Assembly (NCBI GenBank): GCA_963713825.1
Contig: CAVQNG010000025.1
Span: 800,001 to 864,000 of the forward strand
Reading direction: 5' to 3'
DNA: 64,000 nucleotides
Origin: an uncultured Acidobacteriota bacterium
Lineage (GTDB): Bacteria; Acidobacteriota; Thermoanaerobaculia; Multivoradales; JAHEKO01
Part shown: positions 45,145 to 53,870 of the stretch, in pieces
How positions within the stretch are numbered: position 1 is the first letter of the stretch
Layout of the letters: the number at the start of each line of letters is the position of its first letter
Notes under the pieces: model-generated
Database searches by the model: none
Seen by the model: only the letters and a program-made list of their open reading frames with translations
Told to the model about the DNA's origin: nothing
Made by a program: the position numbers and the translations under genes

Positions 45145-48100
45145 GATCGGGTGTACCTCCTGTCGGCCCAAAGGAACCAGAGCTCGGTATCGGGTCGGCT
45201 CTCGAGGTTCATCGCTCGCTGCACCGCCGCAGCGTACAGGTCCTCTTGCGGGGCATAGGCCTCGGCCCGCGCCGCCAGGTCCTCAGCGGCCTCAATACGG
45301 TCGGTTTTGAAGTCGACGATGATCAGCGCTTTGCTCTCAGGACACCGATAGAGCAGATCGATAGCGCCAGAGTAGAAGCCGGTGGGGCCAGTGTCGTCGT
45401 CCGGTGGTGCCAGAAGCACGGGAATCTCACGTCCCAGCACTGCCTCTTGCAGATCGGTAAATCGTTGCAGCAGCTCGCCGCTGCCGATTCGCTCCAGAAG
45501 CTCGGTTGCCCTTTCAGTGGTAGCGGACAGCTCGCCTTGCGGTGCCGATGTGCTCAGATCTGCAAGTAAGGCCTTGCGTTGCCGCTGCCACTCGGCCTCT
45601 GGTGGCTCCTGTAGATTCCAGGTCTCGAACAGGCGATGGATCAACTCTCCTACCACGCGTGCCCCAGATCGTCGGCCAGCCTCGACCCGAGCCTCCCTGC
45701 CTTCGTCCAGTAGGCGTTCTAGCCGAGCTCCGGCGTCGGACGACATCGAGGACTGGAAGGGTCGGGCCATCCGATGGCCAGCTGCCACCGCCTGATCCGC
45801 CAGCGTCCGCGAGTCGCTCAGGGCCCTCTGTAGCGAGATCGACTGGGAGACCGGTTCGGCTCCTTTGATCTCATCGCCGCTCGAGGCGCCGAGGGCCGGG
45901 AACTTCCACCGTGCAAGTCCGGAGTCCTGAAAGGCGACGCCGTTCTCGAGGCAGTCAGCCGCGAGACGGCCGGGTCGGGTCGGGATGTCGGCTCGATGGG
46001 ACAAGAGATCCAGGTAGGTCTTGGCTCTTTCCGGCGCCGTCTCGGCGAGCTCTTTGGGCCAATTCCCAGCCACGACGAGTCGATCCTCAGCTCGGGTCAT
46101 GGCCACGTAGAGCGTGCGCACGAGCTCGGCGGATTCCACCCGTTGCCGGTGTTCGTCAACCTGGCGAAAGCCGAGCGTCGGACTTCGGAAGAGCACGTAC
46201 TCTGCCGGCTTGCCGGGAATCCATCGCGGGTCCAGGTCGATGGACTGGCGCCGTTTCGGCGGTGGGGAAGCGTGCGCCTGAGCCAGATAGACGTGACGAA
46301 ACTGTAGACCCTTCGCGCCGTGAATGGTCATGACCTGTACTGCATCCAGGACCGCGTCCTCGGGCAGCGCCTCCTTTTCATCCTCGGCTTCCGACACACC
46401 TCGCCTGAGGGACCTCAAGATCGCCTGGATGTCGCCTCCCCGCTCCTCGAGAGAGGTCTCCAGGCGACGGAAGAACCGCTCGAGGTTGGCGAGCCGATAG
46501 TGGCCAAGGTAGCGGGCTGTTTCGGTTACGTCGAACAGGAGTCGTCGGCGCAGTAGCTCCACGAACCGGTCGGGCGGGTCCTGGCGGAAGGATCGACGGA
46601 GGAGAGCCAGGTTGGCGACAGCCTCCTGGACGCTGACCTGCCAATCCTCGATGCTGTCGATCCCCGGTATCGATTCGTCGAGCCCCTTGGCCGCCTCGTC
46701 GATCAGGACCAGGGCCTGATCGAGCCCAGAATCCGAGGGCCCTGCAAGGTCGGTGAGTAGCGCCGGGAAGTCGGTCGCCCAGAGGCGGAGCAATGCAGCG
46801 TCGGGAAGGCCGGCGGTTGCCGAGCGCAGAAATGCCACCACGGCAACGTGATCGACCGGGTGAATGATGGCACGCACCAGAGACGAGGCCTCGATGATCT
46901 CGCGCCGGCGGTAGTATTGCCTGCTACTGCCAACGAGGAAGGGTAGGCCATGATCCCGAAACGCGTCGAGATAGGTCTCCAGGTGGGTCGTGGCGCGCAG
47001 CAGGAGTCCGAAGTCACTCCACGACGCATCAGCCTCGTCATGCAGGCGACGGATGTCACCGGCGATGGCTAGCGCTTCGCACTCGGCCACTGCGTCTGCT
47101 TTGGCGTCGGGCAGCGGAGCCGCGGAGTCATCGCACCTGGGCCAGGAGATCCAGTACTCGACCGCTGCGGGGTCGTTCGCCGTGCTGGAAGAGAAGTCGA
47201 TCGGATCCCGATGCGGGAGGAGCGGCTCGAAAGTGGGCTGCAGGCCTTCGCGGTGGACCATGATGGGATGAAACGCGCGCTCGACCTCCTCCAATACCGC
47301 CGCAGTCGACCGGAAGTTGACAGCCAGTTGGCAGACCTCGGCCCCCTCCCCCTTGGCTCGCTCGACGAACGCATCGAAGGAGGCCAGGTCGGCGTTGCGC
47401 CACCCATAGATGGACTGCTTGGGATCCCCGACGACGAATAGGCCGGGTCGCTTCCCGACGTCCCCTTCCAGAGCCAGGCTTTGAACGATCTCACTCTGCA
47501 GCCGGTCGGTGTCCTGAAACTCGTCGACCAGGAGCTGGCGGAGCCGACCGCGCTCTCGCGCCAGCGCCAGTGAGCCCGGCTTCAAGAGGCGATGCGCTCC
47601 GGCGAGAAGGGACTGGAAGGTGGCTATACCCCTGGCTCGAAGCTCGACCTCCAACTGGGCCATCAGTGGTTGGAGACTGCGGCGCGCCAGATCGAAAAGC
47701 AGTGGGTCGATCTGCAGGAGATGCTTTAGCGTCGTATGGAGCTCGAGAGCCGCTCGGGCGAGGGGCTCTTCGAGGGGCCCGAGGGCCGCACTCTCCGACT
47801 GGTTGAAGCGTCCTGAGCTCCATTCCTGGAGCCGCTTGAGGAGGTTGTCGGTCCACTCGTCAGCGAGAGCGGCCAGAAGGCTCGCCAGAGTGGCTGCATC
47901 GGCATCCTCCGCGGCCGTGGCTGCGTCTCGGCTGTGATCCACGGCAGCGGCGACGGCCAGAGCCAACTTGGAGCGTTTCTGGGATCGAATGGCGGCCCCA
48001 CTAATGTCCTGGAATCGGGCGCAGGTAGTGATCAGGTCCTCGCGAACCCGACGCACCGCCGAGCGATCGAACGGGTCGCGCTCGAGCGCCTGAGCCGTCA

Positions 48101-48794
48101 AGCCCCGGCTGGCCAGCTCGTAGAGGGCGTCGGCCACTTCCTGTGGTCCTTGCCCCAGGGTTGCCAGTCGGGACAGGGGTTCGTCTGGTGAGGTTGAAAA
48201 GGAGCTCTTGGCGGCTGATTCCACGAGCCGATGACAGGTCTCCCTCAGCAGGCGCCCTTCTGCATCGACCTGGAGGTCTGTGGCCAGTCGGGCTTCCAGC
48301 GAGTAGGTCGTGAGCAGGGTTCTGCAGTAGGAGTGGATCGTCCGGATCGTCAGATGGTCCAGCCCACCGATCAGCGCCCGGGCTCGACGCTCGAGGAGGT
48401 CGGTGGAGGGCTCGAATGGAAGCCAGTCCGGACGGAACCAGACCAGCTCGGCAAGATCACCGCCGGCGATCTGCGCCAGGGTTGCGGCGACCCGGTTGGC
48501 CATTTCGGCGGCGGCGGCCTCGGTGAAGGTGATGGCGACCACCCCCTCCAGAACTCGGCGAGCTACGGTCGCCTCGCTGGCCTCGCCTCGCTTGGCAGCT
48601 TCGGGTTCGAGCTCCTCGAGGGTTTGGAGTGCCCCTTCCCAGCCCGGACTGAGGCACCAGGAGAGAATCCGCGAGACGAGGATCGTGGTCTTGCCGGTAC
48701 CGGCGCCTGCCATCACCACCAGGGGGCGATCGAATACCGAATGAGCCGCTCGGCGAGCTCTCTCGTCGCGAACCTGCAAATCACTCGACATCAT
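45141..48794 (-). CDS. addA: AddA/RecB-type helicase-nuclease
   Basis: AGAGTGKT, ITFTEAAAAEM, TIHS, VDEFQDT, VGDPKQSIY, NFRS, MTIHGAKGLQF, YVAMTRA, and C-terminal nuclease GAIDLL...VDFKT. Confidence 0.9.
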   Translation of the reverse strand: MMSSDLQVRDERARRAAHSVFDRPLVVMAGAGTGKTTILVSRILSWCLSPGWEGALQTLEELEPEAAKRGEASEATVARRVLEGVVAITFTEAAAAEMANRVAATLAQIAGGDLAELVWFRPDWLPFEPSTDLLERRARALIGGLDHLTIRTIHSYCRTLLTTYSLEARLATDLQVDAEGRLLRETCHRLVESAAKSSFSTSPDEPLSRLATLGQGPQEVADALYELASRGLTAQALERDPFDRSAVRRVREDLITTCARFQDISGAAIRSQKRSKLALAVAAAVDHSRDAATAAEDADAATLASLLAALADEWTDNLLKRLQEWSSGRFNQSESAALGPLEEPLARAALELHTTLKHLLQIDPLLFDLARRSLQPLMAQLEVELRARGIATFQSLLAGAHRLLKPGSLALARERGRLRQLLVDEFQDTDRLQSEIVQSLALEGDVGKRPGLFVVGDPKQSIYGWRNADLASFDAFVERAKGEGAEVCQLAVNFRSTAAVLEEVERAFHPIMVHREGLQPTFEPLLPHRDPIDFSSSTANDPAAVEYWISWPRCDDSAAPLPDAKADAVAECEALAIAGDIRRLHDEADASWSDFGLLLRATTHLETYLDAFRDHGLPFLVGSSRQYYRRREIIEASSLVRAIIHPVDHVAVVAFLRSATAGLPDAALLRLWATDFPALLTDLAGPSDSGLDQALVLIDEAAKGLDESIPGIDSIEDWQVSVQEAVANLALLRRSFRQDPPDRFVELLRRRLLFDVTETARYLGHYRLANLERFFRRLETSLEERGGDIQAILRSLRRGVSEAEDEKEALPEDAVLDAVQVMTIHGAKGLQFRHVYLAQAHASPPPKRRQSIDLDPRWIPGKPAEYVLFRSPTLGFRQVDEHRQRVESAELVRTLYVAMTRAEDRLVVAGNWPKELAETAPERAKTYLDLLSHRADIPTRPGRLAADCLENGVAFQDSGLARWKFPALGASSGDEIKGAEPVSQSISLQRALSDSRTLADQAVAAGHRMARPFQSSMSSDAGARLERLLDEGREARVEAGRRSGARVVGELIHRLFETWNLQEPPEAEWQRQRKALLADLSTSAPQGELSATTERATELLERIGSGELLQRFTDLQEAVLGREIPVLLAPPDDDTGPTGFYSGAIDLLYRCPESKALIIVDFKTDRIEAAEDLAARAEAYAPQEDLYAAAVQRAMNLESRPDTELWFLWADRRYTRS

Positions 48795-51700
48795 CAGGAG
48801 TTTCCATCTCCTGCACGATCGGCCTCGTCGAGCTCGGCAAGTCGCTTCGAGTCCAGAACCCAGATTCCGATTCCACTGCGCTCGGCGCTGGCGGGCTCGT
48901 CGGGTCCGACGACGTAGGTCTCCAGGTGCTCCGCCATCCAGGTTCGCAGACGACCTCGCGCTCCTGAATCGTGCCGCAAGCAGGCTTCCGCCACCTCGCA
49001 GAAGTCACAACGCCGCGGCGCCTTGTCCCTGTCCGCTTCGATGAGGCGAGGCAGGAAGGAGCCCTGTCTCCAAGCATCGATCAGAGTCGAAGTGGCCCTG
49101 TGGAAGGCACGTTGCGCTTCCTCGTTGCCATTGTCGATGCCAATGTCACGAGCCGCTTCCGGGCCTTCGATGTCGGGCTTGAGAAAGAGATATCTGCCAC
49201 GCGATCGCGGTGTTCCTGCGGCCTGAGCATAGGCAATGGCCTGGAGCGACTTACCAGCCCGAATCCTCTTGATCAGGTTCTTTTGGCGCGTGGCGCCGGT
49301 TGCAGCGGTGCTGATGTCGTTCCTGCCGGTCTTGTAGTCGACCAGATTCTCATGGCCGCCATCGATATCCACCCGGTCTGCCCGGAAGTGGAGGTCTTGC
49401 TCTTCGCCGTCTTCGAGGCGCAACGTCAGCCGACCTTCGATCTCCACCGCCACGGTGGGCACTCCGACTCCGGAGGCCCACTCGAGGTGGCAGGCCTGGT
49501 CGAGGTATGGCCTGGCGACTCGTGCGAGCATCTTGGAGAAGCCCCGCATTCCGATGCCGTGCCGGCGGGCCACGAGTTCTGCCTGGCGGTCCAGGAGGTC
49601 GTCGAGTTCCCGGTCGGCGGGCCACTTCACGGTGTGCGGAGCCATGGAGCGAGCTGTCTCGAGGTCGGTGGCTGGAGTTGGTAGCTGAGACCTGACGATG
49701 CGCTCGAGGCAACGGTGGACCAGGTCGCCCACCAGCACGGGGCTGATTCCGGGCAGGATCTCCAGAGGATCGGGGAGGGCCTCGAGCCGCAGCAGTCGCT
49801 CGAGAAACGTCTGCCAGGGGCAGGCTGCAAGGGCCTCGAGGGCAGTGACGTAGAGACGACGCCCGGCCCGCAGGTCCTGGTCGTCGAGAATGGGTCCGAC
49901 GAAGCCGAAGAAGGGACCCAGCCTCCCGAACGTGAGCTCTCCTTCGCCTCCACCCCGGACGGGGTCCAGTTCGCCGAGAACTCGGAGTCGAGCTCTTGCG
50001 AGCCTGTCAGGGCTGGAAATTGCAGGCAGAAGCTCGGCCTGGTCGATGTACTTCCAGTCCACTGGAGTTCTGGTGCTCTCGGCCATCGCTGCGGAGAGGA
50101 AGCCTTCGAGATCCTCTCGAGGTCGCCAAATGGCGGCGTTGACAGCATGTTCGTAGGCCGGTCGGGAGATTCTCGATCCGTTGAATTCGGCTTTCGGCGT
50201 CAGAGTGAACAGGGGCTGGACGGTTGGCGGGTCACGCCATTCTTGGAGATTCTGTGCCGCCTCCGACCAGCGCATTCTCTCGACGAGTGGCGACACGCTG
50301 AGCGGGCTGCCATCGTCGTCGACGCCCTGCCAGGAGAGAGTCACGGCAGGACTGGAGGCGAGGAGCTGCGCGAAGAGGAAGCGCTCCTCTGAGAATCCCG
50401 CGAGCTTTCGGGCGAGGTCAGGCAGGACTCCGTAGCCCTCCCGACTCATCACCTGGCGCAGCGAGTCCGGAAGCAGCGGGTCTTCTCGCACCACCCGTGG
50501 AAAGACTCCCCGATTCAGTCCGGCGACGAAGAGATGCTCGAACGTGCGTCCACGAGCTTCGGTCACATCGAGAACTTGGACGCCGCCGCCGTCGCCGCCG
50601 AGAGAATCGCGGCCGAGCTCTGACCACCCCGAGTCCAGCCACGTCACCAGCTCATCGAAAGTCAGGGGCAGGGTAGCGCGGGTCTGCTCCAGGAGTCGGT
50701 CGGCCGTTCGGTTGAGCACCAGAGCCTCCTCTCCATCAGCCGGCCACTGCAGGTCGTCGAGGAGGAATCCTCTCAGCTCATTGGCGTGTTGCTCGAGTGT
50801 CTTCACCTTGTACCAGCGATCGAGGCGCTGGCAGATTCGGCGCGCTTCGTGCCTTGCTCGTACAACCTCGAGGCCCGGGATCGTGCGGCGCTCCAAGTTG
50901 CGATTCGGGATTCCTTCAGCGTCCTCGTGCTCGGAGAACGTGCCGTGAACGGGCAAGGGGAGGCTGTTGTCCGCCGTGTCCCTGGCAAGCTCGAGATCGG
51001 CCGTTTCCTCGAGCCTCGCGGCGCCGAAGCCATAGAGGGCTAGCTTCAAATCGAAGCTGTCTTTTTCACTCCATGCCAAACTAGCGTCGAGCCAGCGCTC
51101 GACCGGCGCCGAGCTGCCCTGTTTCAGGACGTCCAGGACGGCCCCAACTCGCCTCCCGAACTCGGTTCGCGGTCCGCCAGCACCAATGGCCGAGAACGGA
51201 ATTCCCATGCGCCAGAATTGGGTGCGAAGGATCGAAACATAGGGGTCGAGCTGTCGCGCCACGACACCGATGCTCTCTGGTCTGGCCCCGCCGTCGAGCA
51301 GGAGGCGAATCTGATCCGCTATGTGACGGATCTCGGCTTGACCACCCAGAGATCGAAAGAGTTGTATCGAACCCCGTGGATGACTGGTTGGTTCGATATC
51401 CGCATCTCCAGTAACCAGGAAGAGGCGCTCCTCGAATCGACGGCCGAAAGCGATCCCCTCATCGGTTTCCTCGGGCCACGCCGGGTCGGGAGGTCGGTCG
51501 AGATACAAAATGCCCGGCTTCGCTTCGAGTAGTGCCTGAATCAGGTCGGTCGCAACACCCGTCGCGTCGGCGAATCCGTAAACCAGGACCTTTCTGGCTG
51601 CAACGGCCTCCGGGTGGGCTCGAATCCACTCTGCGGCGTGCCGCATGAGAGAGGAGGGCCTCGTGTCGCCCTCTTCGAAAAGGTTCTCAGCACACCGGCT

Positions 51701-52228
51701 GGCGATCCTGATCAGAGCCCGGGACCGTTCCAGTTCTGCATTGGAGGCCCGCTCGAGGCCCTCCTCTTCCAGGACTTCGTCGATGGCTTCTGCCAGGGCC
51801 GGGTCGAACCCGGCATCCATGAGGTCTTCGATCGGACGCACCACCGAGGTGTAGCCATCATGTAGATGGTCGAGCGAGCGCCGCAGGGAGGGTTCCTGTG
51901 AGGCCAATCGCCGCACCAGAATGGGCAGCAGGTCGGCACCTCCCTGGTCGATCCCTGCGGTTCGAGAAGCGATGTCTCTGGCGATCCCGTAGAGAGTCAG
52001 ACACTGGATCCCAGCCGAGGCCCCTCGCTGATGGGCCACGATTCGGTCCAGGAGATGCAACCGGAGACTTTTCGAGGGGACTACGACCAGAAGGGGCTGC
52101 GCCAGAGCTTCATCGCCGGCACTCTCGAGCTCGTCGTCGAGGTCTGCAAGCAACAGCCGCTCGCAGGCCATGGGTCCACGACCTACCCGAAGTCTGGGCC
52201 TTTGGGCTGGGCGAATCCCTTCGTGCAC
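48794..52228 (-). CDS. addB: AddB-type inactive helicase / PD-(D/E)XK nuclease partner
   Basis: Upstream of and coupled to addA. RADRVD...VDYKT nuclease motif, and ACPW plus CDFC...C cysteines typical of the AddB Fe-S staple. Confidence 0.85.
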   Translation of the reverse strand: MHEGIRPAQRPRLRVGRGPMACERLLLADLDDELESAGDEALAQPLLVVVPSKSLRLHLLDRIVAHQRGASAGIQCLTLYGIARDIASRTAGIDQGGADLLPILVRRLASQEPSLRRSLDHLHDGYTSVVRPIEDLMDAGFDPALAEAIDEVLEEEGLERASNAELERSRALIRIASRCAENLFEEGDTRPSSLMRHAAEWIRAHPEAVAARKVLVYGFADATGVATDLIQALLEAKPGILYLDRPPDPAWPEETDEGIAFGRRFEERLFLVTGDADIEPTSHPRGSIQLFRSLGGQAEIRHIADQIRLLLDGGARPESIGVVARQLDPYVSILRTQFWRMGIPFSAIGAGGPRTEFGRRVGAVLDVLKQGSSAPVERWLDASLAWSEKDSFDLKLALYGFGAARLEETADLELARDTADNSLPLPVHGTFSEHEDAEGIPNRNLERRTIPGLEVVRARHEARRICQRLDRWYKVKTLEQHANELRGFLLDDLQWPADGEEALVLNRTADRLLEQTRATLPLTFDELVTWLDSGWSELGRDSLGGDGGGVQVLDVTEARGRTFEHLFVAGLNRGVFPRVVREDPLLPDSLRQVMSREGYGVLPDLARKLAGFSEERFLFAQLLASSPAVTLSWQGVDDDGSPLSVSPLVERMRWSEAAQNLQEWRDPPTVQPLFTLTPKAEFNGSRISRPAYEHAVNAAIWRPREDLEGFLSAAMAESTRTPVDWKYIDQAELLPAISSPDRLARARLRVLGELDPVRGGGEGELTFGRLGPFFGFVGPILDDQDLRAGRRLYVTALEALAACPWQTFLERLLRLEALPDPLEILPGISPVLVGDLVHRCLERIVRSQLPTPATDLETARSMAPHTVKWPADRELDDLLDRQAELVARRHGIGMRGFSKMLARVARPYLDQACHLEWASGVGVPTVAVEIEGRLTLRLEDGEEQDLHFRADRVDIDGGHENLVDYKTGRNDISTAATGATRQKNLIKRIRAGKSLQAIAYAQAAGTPRSRGRYLFLKPDIEGPEAARDIGIDNGNEEAQRAFHRATSTLIDAWRQGSFLPRLIEADRDKAPRRCDFCEVAEACLRHDSGARGRLRTWMAEHLETYVVGPDEPASAERSGIGIWVLDSKRLAELDEADRAGDGNS

Positions 52229-52568
52229 AATGTCGCTATGCGAGCATGCCGACAGGGCACTGTCAATAGAGACTCTCTATCCGGAGCACCGTACGGACAA
52301 GATTGGTGGCAAACGGTCGATCGCCTCTCACCTGAGCGTCGAGACTAGATGGCAGAAGGACAGTGGCCATTGGGACCTCGTTGCATCTCGGATCCCACGT
52401 CTACGGTCCGGCTTCTGGGACAGCTGAACGCTGCCAGATACTAGCTCAGATCGAGCCAGGGAGAGGATCTGATGCCAGTCGAGAGATCCTGAATGAGGCC
52501 CTGACCGTGTAGGCTTGATGTAGGCTATGGCGAGGCTCTGAGGGTTGACCGGGCCGAGAGAGGAGACC

Positions 52569-53870
52569 ATGGGGGAGCTGATACTGATCGTAGACGACGA
52601 GCCGGGCATCCTGACCGCGCTGGCCGGCGTCTTGAACGATGAGGGATACGAGACGGCCTGCACCCAGAGTGGGGAAGAGGCTCTGACTTTGTACGAGGAA
52701 CAACACCCGGCGGTCGTCTTTCTCGATATCTGGCTGCCCGACCGGGATGGGCTGGAAACACTACAGGCTCTCCGGGAAGCGGACCCGGCGGCCGCCGTGG
52801 TCATGATGTCGGGACATGGCACGGCCTCGACGGCTGTCAAAGCGATCAAGATGGGTGCCTTCGACTACGTCGAAAAGCCCATCTCCTACAACCAGGTCGT
52901 GGATAGCGTAGTGGGCGCTCTGAAATATCGTCAGTCTCTTGCCTCCGATGCTTCACTTCTGAGCTCCCTGGAGCGGACGAAGACCCGGCTCGACCAGGAA
53001 CGAAATCTGACGCCGGCACCGGAGCTGCCCCTGCTCCAAGAGGGTACACAGCCTCAGCGCACCATCCATAAGAGCGTTGTCTTATACGGTCTCGGCTTGC
53101 ACTCGGGTCGTCGGACCGGAATGGCCATCCAACCGCTACCCCCGAACAGTGGCATCCACTTCGTTACGCTACCCGCCAATACCCACATCCCGGCGTTTGT
53201 CGGCGAGGTCGCCGAAACCGACTACGCCACGACGGTCTCCAGCAACGGCGACAGCATCCGGACGGTGGAGCATCTGCTGTCGGCGCTGCACGCCTATGGC
53301 GTTACCAATCTACTGATCAAGGTGCATGGGGAGATCCCGGTTCTGGACGGCTCGGCGCTGGAGTTCTGCAAGTCGCTGGAGGATGCCGGAGTCGAAGAGC
53401 AGAACGAGCCACGCAAGGAGCTCGTCATCGATCGCCGCTACGAGGTCGGGGACAACGAAGAGAAGGTCTTGTCGGTGGAACCTTCCGACGATTTCTCGAT
53501 TTCCTATCGGCTGAGCTATCCGCCTCCCGTTGGGGAGCAGTCCTTCGACTTTCGCCTCACGACCCCTCAGCAGTACAGACAGGAGATCGCACCGGCCCGA
53601 ACTTTCGGGTTCATGCGTGACATGAAGATGATGAACGAGCTCGGACTGGCTTCGGGTGGAAGGCTGGACAACTGCATTCTGGTCGGTGAGGACAACGTGA
53701 TCAACACAGAGCTTCGATTCGCGGACGAGTTCGTCAGGCACAAGATTCTGGACATCATTGGGGACCTCTACCTGTTGGGCTATCCGATCCGAGGACGGGT
53801 GACCGCTCAGCTGACCGGGCATCGCAATAACATCGCGCTGCTGCGTACGATTCAGGAGGCCAACGTCTGA
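52569..53870 (+). CDS. lpxC: Response-regulator receiver domain fused to UDP-3-O-acyl-GlcNAc deacetylase LpxC
   Basis: Receiver: ILIVDDE, FLDIWLP, MMSGHG, EKP. LpxC from about 53055: QRTI, GLHSG, TVEHLLSAL, EIPVLDGS, APARTFGF, RHKILD..GDLYLLG, GH. AGGAG RBS. Confidence 0.92.
   Translation: MGELILIVDDEPGILTALAGVLNDEGYETACTQSGEEALTLYEEQHPAVVFLDIWLPDRDGLETLQALREADPAAAVVMMSGHGTASTAVKAIKMGAFDYVEKPISYNQVVDSVVGALKYRQSLASDASLLSSLERTKTRLDQERNLTPAPELPLLQEGTQPQRTIHKSVVLYGLGLHSGRRTGMAIQPLPPNSGIHFVTLPANTHIPAFVGEVAETDYATTVSSNGDSIRTVEHLLSALHAYGVTNLLIKVHGEIPVLDGSALEFCKSLEDAGVEEQNEPRKELVIDRRYEVGDNEEKVLSVEPSDDFSISYRLSYPPPVGEQSFDFRLTTPQQYRQEIAPARTFGFMRDMKMMNELGLASGGRLDNCILVGEDNVINTELRFADEFVRHKILDIIGDLYLLGYPIRGRVTAQLTGHRNNIALLRTIQEANV

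Noticed and set aside
45141-52228. Helicase-nuclease pair as a novel anti-phage system or Cas4-linked module
   Set aside because: Size, gene order and motifs match housekeeping AddAB, and there is no defence-island context or cas gene.
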